In this document: one piece after another, positions 1 through 12,955 of the stretch
Layout of the letters: each line of letters begins with the position of its first letter
How positions within the stretch are numbered: position 1 is the stretch's first letter
Assembly (NCBI RefSeq): GCF_964355755.1
Contig: NC_092672.1
Coordinates: 22,891,237 to 22,955,236 of the forward strand
Reading direction: 5' to 3'
DNA from: Antedon mediterranea
Taxonomy: Eukaryota > Animalia > Echinodermata
Length of the DNA stretch: 64,000 bases
The notes under the pieces: model-generated
What the model was told of the DNA's origin: nothing
Database searches by the model: none
What the model saw: the letters and a program-made list of their open reading frames with translations, nothing else
Position numbers and translations under genes: made by a program

Positions 1-1300
1 ATTAATATGAACTCCTATATCATTTAATTTTAAAATTTTTGTGAGCTCATTGATAAATATACAAAACAGAATAGGAGATAGCACACATCCCTGTCTAACT
101 CCTTGTTCAATTGAAAATTCATTAGTTACAGTATCCCCAAATTTTACTTTCCCTTTGACATTTTTGCATAATTTTATCAATAATTCTCCACAAACGCCCT
201 CTTATTCCTATATTCCATATGGCTTTCAGGAGCCCATCTCTCCAAACGGAATCAAATGCCTTTCGGAAGTCCAGGAAAGCTAGATAGGTGTTTTTTCCTT
301 CTTTTTTTCTTAAAGCAGTTATACTTTTGATTACAAAAATATGGTCCTCACACCTATGATCTTTCCTGAAACTACCCTGGACTTCCGTCAATTCATTATC
401 ACTTTCCAAATAGTTTGATCCATTCATAACAATTACTCTATTAAATATTTTTGATACACAAGATGTAAGAGAGATTCCACGATAATTGTTCAAATCTCTC
501 TTATCACCATGTTTAAAGATTGGAATAATTAAACTTAAATTCCAGTCTTCTGGTGGATGTTCAAAAAGGATGATTCTATTAAATAAATCTAACAGAGATT
601 TTACCATAATATGACCACCATTTTTTTAAAGTTCATTAGTAATGTTATCTTTCCCTGGAGATTTACATTTTTTTTGCAAATACTTAATACATATTTTGTA
701 CTTTCAATATCAATAGAAATATCACATAGAGGATCTGTAGCATCATCCTCATCTCTGAACAAGACTTGTTTCTAATGTTTTGTATACAGTTCTCAGTCAT
801 GTATACATTATTATTGAATGTATTATTTTTAGAATTACTTAGTGATTCCCAATAGTTTCTTAATGTTTCGGCTTTTTCTTCAACACTAGTAACAACTTGT
901 TCCGACCCTGGAACCTTAAAACAATCAGTATTTTGTTTGTTAAACTTTGACCCTCTAATTGTTTGCCAGAATTGCTTACAATTTTTACCTTCTTTGTTTG
1001 CAATAACAATTGATTTATCTACCCTCATTTCTAATATCTTAATATCAAATTCTTAGCAAACAACCGCTTTTATTGGTAATTCTGCCAAAGGAAGTCACAT
1101 GTTGCAGCATCTTTGTCTTTTCTTTTAACATAATTTCTATTTGCATCCTATTCTTTAAAATCTCTTTCTAAATAGGTAGTATATTCACTAAAATCTTCAC
1201 CAAACTTAATATTCTTACTACACCTATTATCTTTGTTTTTCGAGTTACTTATATTTAATTTAAGTAGTAACATATATTATAATATTTTGTTGTTTTGTTA
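1..1300 (-). mobile_element. Degenerate non-LTR retrotransposon (LINE) ORF2 reverse transcriptase fragment
   Basis: ORF 122-607 has LINE RT motifs (IIPIFKHGD..NNYRGISLTS, QGSFRKDHRCEDHIF, FLDFRKAFDSVW). GVRQGCVLSPILF continues near 60-105 in another frame. ORF 684-1028 resembles the upstream linker (KQFWQTI). Multiple frameshifts. Confidence 0.9.
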
Positions 1301-2005
1301 TACAATACATTTTCATTGTAGATTCTGTCAGATTTACAATTGTTTTTTTGTATTAATATAAGGATGAGATATAACACAGGATCACAGTTTTAACACTTAC
1401 CCAAATTAAACAAGCATTATAAATAATGTATTTCTAAAAATCATCATGTCTCAAGTTCAGCAAATTCTAAATGGAATTTAAACAAAAATCATGAAAGATG
1501 TCGTGGTGGCTAGGTGTGGTAGTTAGAGATCAGTCGGACACAATCATATGAAGGCAGCATTGATTTCCATCAGTATTTCATTTATTCATATTCACATTCA
1601 TATTCACTGGCATTTATCACATATAAACTACAATCGGATTCACATTCATATTCACTGGCATTTATCACATAAACTACAATCAGCCATCTCTTGGAAAAAA
1701 CCCCTATAAATACAACAGACAAACATACATAATAATAATCCACATTGCTAACCATTGTTACACTCATTATGTTATCTTTAGTACAATACATACACATAGC
1801 ATCAGTATTACATTATTATCAATTATATATAACAATTGATAACCACATCTATACCTGGATTAAACTATGTTAATTTTGGAGGTGCATACCCATCTTTACT
1901 CAGCCTCCATTCCATTCAGCCAAATCTATTAATAAACATGTAAAACCAGGTTCTTAACAGCATACTATTCACAACTACATATGACCACAACATTGGTCGC
2001 CATAT

Positions 2006-3539
2006 CTGGGGCGGATCCAGACATTTTTGAGAGGGGGGTCCGCCGATAAAAAGGGCACATCAGGTATTGAGTATTTGAGTCACAGCCCCCCCCCCCCCCC
2101 CCCATGGTGGGGGTTGTGGCGAAGCGAATTTTGTCACAGGACACACTTAGATGGCCGGAAATGGCACTGACGCACGCAAAATCCATGATAAATGGCACCT
2201 TTCTAGTTCGCCGGAAATGACACTTTATTAGCAGGGATAACGATGCAAAATTAAAAGTTGTTATTTTTCAACCAATTTAAACATTATCTGTTGGTATTTT
2301 GTTTCAATATTCCAATAAAGAAAGAATTACGAAAATCTGACTTGTAGTTTTCGAAATATAGGGTCTAAAATATTGCCGAAAATGATCGTTTTTAGCCACG
2401 AACGTTAACAAATTGCGCCATTTTTCGCTAAAATAATTACATATAATCACGTTTTATAGTAATTTCTTTTATATATCAACATTGGAAATATCAATAAAAT
2501 ATGTTATTAAATGTTTATAAAATATATAGAGTTGTTTATTTAACGGAATTCGTACAAATTCATTGCTGCTCTAAATTTGTGTAGTACCGTTCAGTACAGA
2601 GAGATCACGTGACTTCTTGGTACACGCGAGAGAAAACATTCCGCTGTGGGTGATTCGCGTCCACCAATCAAATAGCCAGAATCCAAAATCATTCAACCGT
2701 GAGCTCTGCCGATCGTCGCGGGAAAGCTCAGCTTTGATTGGCTTACGATGACATCATATCACAAAATGGTGGTTTTGTAGTTGAGCCTCACGTAATTTTC
2801 ACAAATATTGTTTCAAAAATGAAATAAATGAAGCTTCTTTATGGTATGTGTGATTTTTCTTTAAAAAATTTGAATAATAAAGGCTTCATATCGAGAAAAA
2901 AACATTTTTTTTGGCACTTATAATAAATATTTCTCAGAGAAAAAAGCACATGGCTTGTAGAACTATATTATCTTGGCGTAGGAAGTAAACAATCTACCGC
3001 GTATGGTTGTACGCGCTAGATAGTACGATATTTTAACTACATTTTTTACATGTTTGGTTGGATGTAATGGAAATGAAAAATAGTTGATCTGATGGAATGA
3101 TATGTAAATAAACAAATAAACAAAAGAATTATGTTTACAGTTCAATTATTTTCAGAATAATAATACATAAAAATGTGTTTACCAATGGACAAATAATCGC
3201 GTCAATGACATATCGCGCAGGGTAACGTACGCGGAGTTGAATCGTAAAAAGTTTACATGTGCCCTCTGTAGTATGTGAAACGATCTATTTTTAGAAGTTT
3301 AAGTAGAGATCATCACGCGTCACCACCTCTCACGATGCTCTTTGATCGGCCGCCGTAACTTAACATCGCGCTCATTGTGATAAATTTCTGTTTTTATTTT
3401 TGGGGTTAGTGTAGCCTACTCTGTACACACAAATATGTCACACGAATAAAATATTGAACCTCTAAAAAAAGGGCACCCTTAAAATTTAGAGGGGGGGGGG
3501 GTCCGGACCCCGTGGACCCCACCTCTGGATCCGCCCCAG
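2006..3539. mobile_element. Non-autonomous hAT-like DNA transposon with 16-bp TIRs and 5-bp TSD
   Basis: CTGGGGCGGATCCAGA (2006-2021) is the perfect inverse of TCTGGATCCGCCCCAG (3524-3539). CATAT flanks both sides (2001-2005, 3540-3544). G-rich subtermini, no transposase ORF. Confidence 0.85.
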
Positions 3540-4227
3540 CATATTGGAATCTGAACTTGCACACTTATAGGCGAGTCATTCTACCATCAATTATAACTAC
3601 ATTTTTTAGCATAAATAACACATTTAATACAATACTACTATTCATTATCATGACTAAATACAACAATTGATTATCTTAATTTATGATATAGTATTACAAC
3701 GTACCTGGAAACGAATAACTGATAATTTAATTAGTATAGCAACTGCCTCTACTCAGCCACAATGGATATGCCCAATCTGTACCCACGTGCGGGGAAATGG
3801 AAATATATGTTTTTAAACAAAACTGTGTGAGCTATTATTTTAGGCCTAAATTTTTATGTTATCTGAGATTAACAAAAACATACAAGTATTAACTAACACT
3901 GACACACAAGCTAATTTTCCCACAAAAAATATAAACGTCGTAGTGGTGTATCGTTACATGTACTTTACTATTTCAGTCGACTATGACAGTGACAGTTTTA
4001 ACAAAGTATTAAATCGCAAATGTTCTACTCTATTTAGTGACACTATTCTATTCTATTCATGACACAAAATACATGAATAAGGTCCAATGTGAATGGCATA
4101 ATAAAACAGTGTATCCTAGTGTTAAAAGAATAGTTTATTTAATAAAAACTAACTTTAAAATCTGTATTGCATAAATTGTACGTGATACTGTTTTTGTTAT
4201 TATAACTAATATGTTTATTTTGCATAG

Positions 4228-6901
4228 ATACACAGACTGCTACTCCTCTGTCTACAAGCTCATTAGAGACAGGTTAGTGGTTATCATTAGATCATTATGT
4301 ATCATATGGACAGTTTGTCTGAAAATACATGAATATAATAGCATAACATCTTGGTGTCATTAGCAGAATAGTTGATTTAATACTGGTATTCTTGATTATG
4401 ACTAATGTATATGTTTATTTTGCATAGATGCACCTATTGCTGCTCCTTTGGCTGCAAGCTCATTAGGGACAGGTATAGGTGAGTAACATTAGATCATTAG
4501 GGACAGGTATAGGTGAGTAACATTAGATCATTAGGGACAGGTATAGGTGAGTAACATTAGATCATTAGGGACAGGTATAGGTGAGTAACATTAGATCATT
4601 AGGGACAGGTATAGGTGAGTAACATTAGATCATTAGGGACAGGTATAGGTGAGTAACATTAGATCATTAGGGACAGGTATAGGTGAGTAACATTAGATCA
4701 TTAGGGACAGGTATAGGTGAGTAACATTAGATCATTAGGGACAGGTATAGGTGAGTAACATTAGATCATTAGGGACAGGTATAGGTGAGTAACATTAGAT
4801 CATTAGGGACAGCTATAGGTGAGTAACATTAGATCATTAGGGACAGGTATAGGTGAGTAACATTAGATCATTAGGGACAGATATAGGTGAGTAACATTAG
4901 ATCATTAGGGCAGTGTTACAACCACTTATGTAGTACCAGCTATAATAAAAACTACTGCTAAGAGAGAAACAATAAAGATAACATATCATTTATTTCATTT
5001 GAACAAATACAAACATGAAAACAGAACAAATGTAAATCAATGAGGCAGGATTACCTAAAATAACAGTCAAGAAGCAAAAATAAGACATTCAAACATATTT
5101 AAAACATAATTAAAAACACATTTTTTGGAAGAAAGTTAAAATTGCTTTATATGAATGACAAGATAGTTTAAATTGTATGAAGTTAAATGTATTACAGCAA
5201 AATCCACCACAGGTTAGCTAATTCCTCAAAATAATCAAAGCCGAACAAATCAGAATGGAACCGTGCTCATATTTCTTCTCACTTTCAGAAACATAGAATT
5301 ATCAACATTATTTTCTTTGATATTATTAATTTGAATACTATAATAACAATTTTCAAATAGTAGGCAAAACTTTTCTACATAGGAAAGGTGGTCAAAATAA
5401 TAACTAAAAAATCCTTGAAAACAGATTGTGTGTATACACTGATCATTTGAAATATATTAAGTCAAATTTATGAATATTATGAAAACACTTTTATTTATTA
5501 TTAATTTTAATTCAAAAGTTGAGGCCTTAAAATTATACAAAAAAATATGGAAACCGTCATCATTAATTACTGGTTTGGCTTTAAATTATTTTCCATATCA
5601 AGCCCAACTGTGTTAACATAGAGCCTGATTTATTCCTTTTCTCAATGCAACTAAACAAAAGGAAACAGGCTTATGATTAATATGGTGACTTTTAGTCATT
5701 AACAATAATTCTTTATTACAGAAACAAGTCCAAATTCACTGAAAGACAAGTTAAACAAGTTAAATTATGATCTCAGTGAAGTCTTTATGAAGAATAAGAG
5801 AAAATTCTTATTTTTGAGATGTTGTCTCTTTGATGAAGTAGATTTACAAGTCCTTGGCAATAAAGATTACAAAGCAAATGATTATTTTAATGAACTCGCT
5901 GATAAAGGAAAGATCAAACCAACCGACGTCAACCTTCTGCTTGAAGTGGCAACACTATCAGAAATTAAACATGCTAAAGATCTTGTAAAACAGTATATGA
6001 ATGACAACAATGTACACATTAGTAATCAACAGAAGTTGTCCCCATATAGAAAAAGATTGTGTAAGGCATTGGAACAGTTTATCCCAAGTGAGTTGAATAG
6101 AGTTACAGCTTATTATCAATTGGAACAACCAACCATTTGGGATGTAACATTTTATTTAGAGAGCAAATCCAGATTGGTAGATGAATCAGAAAGAGAGAAG
6201 TTTGCTGAGCTGCTTGGACCAATCCCAAATAAAATAATGTGTAAGTCAATTTGAGAGATTTCTTACCTTAAATCCACAGATTGTAGGTCACGTATATTCT
6301 CCCACAATAACTGGCATCAAACCAGAATTTTTAGAAAAGGGTAAAAATATATTGAGAATACATTGAGTTGCCCCCTCATAACATAGAATGAATGCTGGAC
6401 CATTTGATGATGACCGTATGATACAAAATGATTTGTTGACACAGGTTAAGAACATGAAATAACAGGAATGTTTTCACATCCTGACTTTTCTTTGTCACTA
6501 AGGTTCTTATACCCTTTACAACATTATAATGCTCTGTCTATACTATTATAACTTTATGTGACAAAACAATGTGATGTGCAATTTTATGGACATGATGATT
6601 TCATTTCACTTCCATATTTGGAAACATCACTACCATATTTGGGCACATCACTACCATATTTGGACACATCACACATTTTTGTCAAACTAATTTGATAGTG
6701 TAGACAGAGCTTACAACTGCCAATTATTTTATAGTAATGTTATTTATCATCATGTGTCAGGAAACTGTAAAAGGGGATTTTGTGCTAAAACAATTTATGT
6801 CATTGTGAGAAACTTGTTTAATAATAACCTAAAGAAAGTGTATACCTTGTTTTAAACTTTCATTGTGATAATTTTTAGGCAACAAAGAAGATGATCATTG
6901 A
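4228..6901 (+). CDS. Partial gene for a tandem death effector domain (DED)-containing protein; 5' exons not identified
   Basis: Phase-1 exons 4228-4272 (DTQTATPLSTSSLET), 4428-4472 (DAPIAAPLAASSLGT) and 5722-6240 splice in frame with canonical AG/GT. The large exon has DED-like patterns (YFNELADKGKIKPTDVNLLLEV..LVKQY, then LSPYRKRLCKALEQFIPSEL). A possible last exon 6879-6901 gives CNKEDDH*. Domain call is by pattern recognition. Confidence 0.6.
4461..4910 (+). repeat. 34-bp tandem array (~13 copies) containing an exon 3' end and splice donor
   Basis: Unit CATTAGGGACAG|GTATAGGTGAGTAACATTAGAT; the first copy is the end of exon 4428-4472. Confidence 0.95.
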
Positions 6902-7405
6902 GGCAACGCTGAATACGCCATTGAGGAACCATTGAGGCACCATTGATACACCATTGCGGCAACACTGAAGACACTATTGAAGATGCCATTGAAGAACCAC
7001 TGAGACACCATTGCGGCAACACTGACGACACTATTGAAGATGCCATTGAGTAACCATTGAGGCACCACTGAGACACCATTGCAGCAACACTGAAGACACT
7101 ATTGAAGATGCCATTGAGGCACCACTGAAGATGCCATTGAGGAACCTTTGAGGCACCACTGAGGCACCACTGAGACACCATTGAAGATGACATTGAAGAA
7201 ACTTGAGGAACCTTGAGGCACAACTGAGACACCATTGAGCACCACTGAGCCACCATTAAGACACCATTGAGGCACCACTGACAGACACTTGAGACATCAC
7301 TGAGTCACCATTGAAACACCACTGATACACCGTTGAGGCACCACTGAGCCACCATTAAGGCACCACTGATACACCGTTGAGGCACCACTGAAGAACCATT
7401 GAGAT
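6897..7405. repeat. Degenerate ~11-bp-based minisatellite (CATTGAGGCAC / CACTGAGACAC)
   Basis: Variants of CAYTGAGRCAC repeated over ~500 bp; it produces spurious ORF 6852-7256. Confidence 0.85.
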
Positions 7406-7733
7406 AGCATTAAGTATTGTGAAGCCAACCAAGTGAAGGCAAGTTACGAGTGGATAGAGATATAATAGAGTAATATTAAAATTAGTGTCATGATGATAAA
7501 CAAAATATGATAATGTAGAGGAAGTTGGTGATAAAGATGACATTGACGTTGAATAAATGTTTACTTTAGGACAGTATATGAATAATGACTTTTTTTTTTT
7601 CATTAAATGGGAAGAATATTTTCTGCCTCGTTAAATAGAACATATACCCGTTCCAGTCCATAAATATTCATTATTTTGTATAATGTTTACTGAATGTAAA
7701 CTGTAAATTTTAATTCATTCCTTAATTTTACAG

Positions 7734-7875
7734 CTTGTTCAAGATCTCTTATTCATCTGTGGATAGGTGGAGAAGACTGGCAGTGCGACTTGGTATTCAA
7801 TGGGATGTTATCAGTAGGCCTAATACCACAGGTAAAAACAGACATGATGAATATGAATATGACATGTTGGAAGAG
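7734..7875 (+). pseudogene. Orphan exon encoding a death-domain-like segment
   Basis: TTTTACAG acceptor, then LFKISYSSVDRWRRLAVRLGIQWDVISR..EYEYDMLEE (the W-x-x-L-A-x-x-L-G ... Y-x-M-L death-domain pattern), then GT at 7876. Its phase does not join exon 5722-6240 directly. Confidence 0.5.
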
Positions 7876-7879
7876 GTAG

Positions 7880-8105
7880 ACAATGATCAAAGCATTAACA
7901 CAATAGGGACGTGTTGATTTAGCTGATAGCTGGCAGCATGCAGCAGAACATCAACTACCTACAATGGTCAAGGCATTAACACAACAGGGATGTGTTGATA
8001 TAGCTGATAGCTGACAGCATGCAGCAGCACATCAACTACCTACAATGATCAAGGCATTAACACAACAGGCTTTAAAATAACAGGGACATGTTGATTTAGC
8101 TGATA
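7880..8105. repeat. ~81-bp tandem repeat (~2.5 copies)
   Basis: ACAATGATCAAGGCATTAACACAACAGG...TAGCTGATAG...CATCAACTACCT repeated, starting right after the donor at 7876. Confidence 0.8.
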
Positions 8106-8774
8106 TTCATTGTTTATTTTGATTTCTTGACACATGAAACTGAGTGCCAATGCTATATAGTGTGCATCATTAGTATTATCATCAATATTATGATTATCAA
8201 TATTATTATTATGATTAAAAGGGGCGCTTGATATATAATATAATATAACACAGTAACAATGGGGATTATAAAACCACACTTCTAAAATAATTTTAAATAT
8301 TAACTGGTGCGTGTGATTAAAGTTGTGTACTCTCTATACCAAAAACAAGATCAGCAATGCATCTTGGGGTTTATAGTGGGCCGCTAAAATTTAAACAATT
8401 ATTAGAATCGCATTTTAATCCGTTTAAAGATGACCAAGGGTATCTCAATAGGACCGTATAGAATTTATTTTTACATTAAATGTAGTTTGTGACCTTAGAT
8501 TAGATCTAAAAAACGTAGGGAAAGGGACTTTAATGTAATTGACTGTTGTAGGACTTTCTGTAACTGCAGTTTTTTTGTATATAAGATGAGTCTTAGTAAT
8601 TCGTGCTTTGGTGGCTATGGCTAGTTTTAGTGGCTATGGCTAGTTTTAGTGGCTATGGCTAGTTTTAGTGGCGTACATGGTAAACCCACTGTGTATTGAT
8701 TAGCAAAAACATTAACATTCAGAATTAAATAGTCAAGATTTAAATGTTTCATTGGTATAGCTTTATTCAATATC

Positions 8775-9480
8775 TTTAGTCGCGTGGACGCGACTCTATA
8801 GTTCACTATGTCGGTCGGTTGGTCGATCTGTCTGTCTGTCGGTCTGTCTGTCGGTCCGGTATCACTATGCGTTTTATCGCTTTCTGACCTTATCTTGATA
8901 TCAGTTTAATCTAGCTAGGTCAATTTTTCACAGTATATTCCTTATGGCCAGGAATCGATGTGGTTATGTTTTCACGGTGCGCAATAAAAAATTACGCGGT
9001 CTACGCACGATTTAACGAAATCACGTTTGTAATCATATCTTCACAACCATGAATCACAATTAAATAAAATTTGGTACTCATAAATTTCAGGGCATAAATC
9101 ATCATATGGCAATACAAATACGTGCGTAGCGCATGCGTACGCGCGCTTAAAATTTTCAAAATTTATTTTCGATGAAATAAGAGTACGTTTCAGGCAATTT
9201 TAAGCGTTTACAAAATTGCCATGAGTGCGCATATTTTTGCGCGCGCTCTGCGCGTTAAATGTTATTGCGCACTCTTTTTGCCCGATTTCTGTTTTCTTGA
9301 CTTACTTTTCAACTCGAAATCACGTTATACGAGCACATCAACAGTGACAGGCTACGCACGTGTAAATTAAAAAAATATAATGTTTTTAAACATTTCTAAA
9401 CATGTTCAGTAATTTCGGTCAGTATAGTTCACTGTGTCGGTCGGTCTGTCTGTCTGTCTGTCTGTCGGTCTGTCTGTTTT
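8775..9480 (+). mobile_element. Helentron-associated (HINE / DINE-1-like) non-autonomous element, 3' end truncated
   Basis: T-run, then terminal hairpin AGTCGCGTggACGCGACT, then a (GTCY)n microsatellite. The body is near-identical to the inverted copy at 31211-31968. Confidence 0.75.
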
Positions 9481-11806
9481 AAACTTATCTTGTAAAGATA
9501 AAGTAAAATGTTGGTGTTTTATGTATTAATCACTGCCGATGATTTAGAAAGGTTTAATAAGCTCTCTAAACAAACTTGCTAACAGTACATTTACTAAAGC
9601 CAAATTAGTAGAGTTAGAGTTACTGCATAAATACATATTTCATATTCTATTTTATTAAATGATATACAATCTTTTTTGTATTGTATTTTTGTTTTCTTTT
9701 AAATCTCAACGCGAGTCACAAGTAAACTCATTATATAATGTTAAGATAAATTGGTTGGTTTCAGCATAGGCAATTGACTATGGTACCAAAATAATAAATG
9801 ATGTTTGATATTATTTTGGTATCTCTGAATTTAGTAAATGATTTGGCTATTGACTTGCCTAATGCAAATGAGATCATTTGTAGAAATTAGACTTACAGAA
9901 TTTGATTAATGGCCAATATCACCTTTATATGATTGACAGACTTACTAAACAGGACGAAAGGTATGGAGATGGGATCATTCACTGTATAACAGCAATTATA
10001 TAAATATCTACCATATTTTCGACCCCTGGTGTGTAATTTTTCAATATAAAATTGACTAATGGTTGCCAAGGTATGGGACATATTTTTAGTATAGTATCAT
10101 TATGTCTATAATTATATTTTGTATTAGAAAACTTTTGTCTAATTTTTATTTTGTTTACTTGCATGTTTGTGGAAATACAATTTTTTTTAAAGAATAAAAA
10201 ACCTGACATAGTTCATATTTTGATACACCACCTGATTATGCAAATTACATTCTCTTTTGGTTGGCATAGCTTAATAGTGTTTATCCTTAAAATTCAGGAA
10301 AGTGGCATAGCCTATCGTGTGCGGCCCATCAATAAACATCAGTGTGCCAAATGTGAGCATGTACCGTTCAGTGGTTTTGGAGGAGATATGTAAAATACGC
10401 GAACAATTTAGTAGCATTTAATATATAGATTGCTTTATACATTGATACCAAAAATTATGAGCATGGAAAACTGCACTTACAGATATTTGTGTCCCTACCC
10501 CAAAATTGTCCAAAACTGTGGAGATGATTGGAATAATTAGAAATGCGTTAAAATCCCACCTTTCATATTCCGTTATGGTAATTACTTTATTCCATTTACT
10601 ATTATTTACTAATTTGATTTTAGGTACTTTTTGTTTTTGTTCAGGCACTTTCAACACAAGCTTTTGCTTTTTAGAAATGGTGCCTCCTTCATGATATTGT
10701 TTTATTCATTTTAAAGATGAGAAAAAAAATTGTATTGTTTTAACTATCTTTCTTCATGAATTTTGTATTATATTATTTATTTTGTATATTATGAAGGAAT
10801 TAAATGTTACTATGAAAAAAATATGTAATGTATGATTTTTGTGTTCACTGGATATAGATGACAAAATATGTACGTAGTGTAGACCTCTCATATCCCATGT
10901 ACTGTATTTTGTTGCTTGTAACCCGTTTTTCCCTTCACTTCTTCAATGCTCAAACTTGTGGCCATGTCAAGAACTTAATCACAAGATGATTCCTGATTCT
11001 TGTTAATCTTCCTCTGGCCAACAGAATAGACCACTTTCATTACTCTAGTGTGCAAGGCTATCAAACAACTTGATAGCCTTGGTCTGTGTCCCTTCTTTAA
11101 AGTTGTCTTTTCTATAAATATATTGGGTTGGATGGAACAACTCAGTCACAATGTACTTCATCGAAGTGAAAATCTAAATTTGTGAACTATGATCTAATCG
11201 GATGCTATAAAGGATATTACTTTTATAATTTACAGTCCCTTTCTTTTTTATGCAAAAAAATAGAATAAAAGAATACTAAAATCAAACATTGAAAAGTCAT
11301 TTTGTAGTTTTAATCAGGTTATTTAAAAAATAATGATTTAGCTTATAAAAAATAAAAACCCATTGAATTTCAAACAATGGGCTTCCAGTTTACTACTTTA
11401 AAAAAAAATTTTATTAGGTTAAATAATTTTTCGTTTCCATCAATTTTTTTGTCAAACTAGTGTAACATTCAAAAATAAAAAAAATATGTGGTGATCATTT
11501 AAGCATTTGACCTTTAACATTGTATCTACAGAAGAAAGCACAGATAAAATGTTATTTTAAAGCTTTAAGGCCACATTTATATTTGTACCTAATACATTCT
11601 TATTCAAAATACTCAAGTTTAAGATATAAAATAATTGTATATAGTGTATTAATTGACCTAGACTCTAAAGGCAAAATTAAATTAGTTATTCTAAATTTTA
11701 AGAATAATGTTTGTATGTGTTTCTTTCATTCTTTACAAAAACTTAGTGGTTAAAGAGAAAATTAGGGAAAAGTTTTCAAATGGCAGCCATTTTGAATTTA
11801 TGGAAA

Positions 11807-12955
11807 ACAAGTAATTACTAATACACAACCCAGGGTATAGATACTAATATCTATATAGGCCTATATTAAAACAAGTAATTACTAATACACAACCCAGGGT
11901 ATAGATACTAATATCTATATAGGCCTATATTAACACAAGTAATTACTAATACACAACCCAGGGTATAGATACTAATATCTATATAGGCCTAGTATTAACA
12001 CAAGTAATTACTAATACACAACCCAGGGTATAGATACTAATATCTATATAGGCCTATATTAACACAAGTAATTACTAATACACAACCCAGGGTATAGATA
12101 CTAATATCTATATAGGCCTATATTAAAACAAGTAATTACTAATACACAACCCAGGGTATAGATACTAATATCTATATAGGCCTATATTAAAACAAGTAAT
12201 TACTAATACACAACCCAGGGTATAGATACTAATATCTATATAGGCCTATATTAAAACAAGTAATTACTAATACACAACCCAAGGTATAGATACTAATATC
12301 TATATAGGCCTATATTAAAACAAGTAATTACTAATACACAACCCAGGGTATAGATACTAATATCTATATAGGCCTATATTAAAACAAGTAATTACTAATA
12401 CACAACCCAGGGTATAGATACTAATATCTATATAGGCCTATATTAACACAAGTAATTACTAATACACAACCCAGGGTATAGATACTAATATCTATATAGG
12501 CCTATATTAACACAAGTAATTACTAATACACAACCCAGGGTATAGATACTAATATCTATATAGGCCTATATTAACACAAGTAATTACTAATACACAACCC
12601 AGGGTAGATACTAATATCTATATAGGCCTATATTAAAACAAGTAATTACTAATACACAACCCAGGGTATAGATACTAATATCTATATAGGCCTATATTAA
12701 CACAAGTAATTACTAATACACAACCCAAGGTATAGATACTAATATCTATATAGGCCTATATTAACACAAGTAATTACTAATACACAACCCAGGGTATAGA
12801 TACTAATATCTATATAGGCCTATATTAAAACAAGTAATTACTAATACACAACCCAGGGTATAGATACTAATATCTATATAGGCCTATATTAACACAAGTA
12901 ATTACTAATACACAACCCAGGGTATAGATACTAATATCTATATAGGCCTATATTA
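11807..12955. repeat. 64-bp tandem array (~18 copies), palindrome-rich unit
   Basis: Unit ACAAGTAATTACTAATACACAACCCAGGGTATAGATACTAATATCTATATAGGCCTATATTAA(A/C). Confidence 0.95.

Noticed and set aside
1850-3780. Two similar AG..GT-bounded segments on the minus strand (~1855-1926 and ~3704-3776) that look like paralogous exons
   Set aside because: All frames examined contain stops and no protein family is recognisable.
6852-7256. 134-aa ORF rich in SMVSQWCL
   Set aside because: Product of the 11-bp minisatellite.
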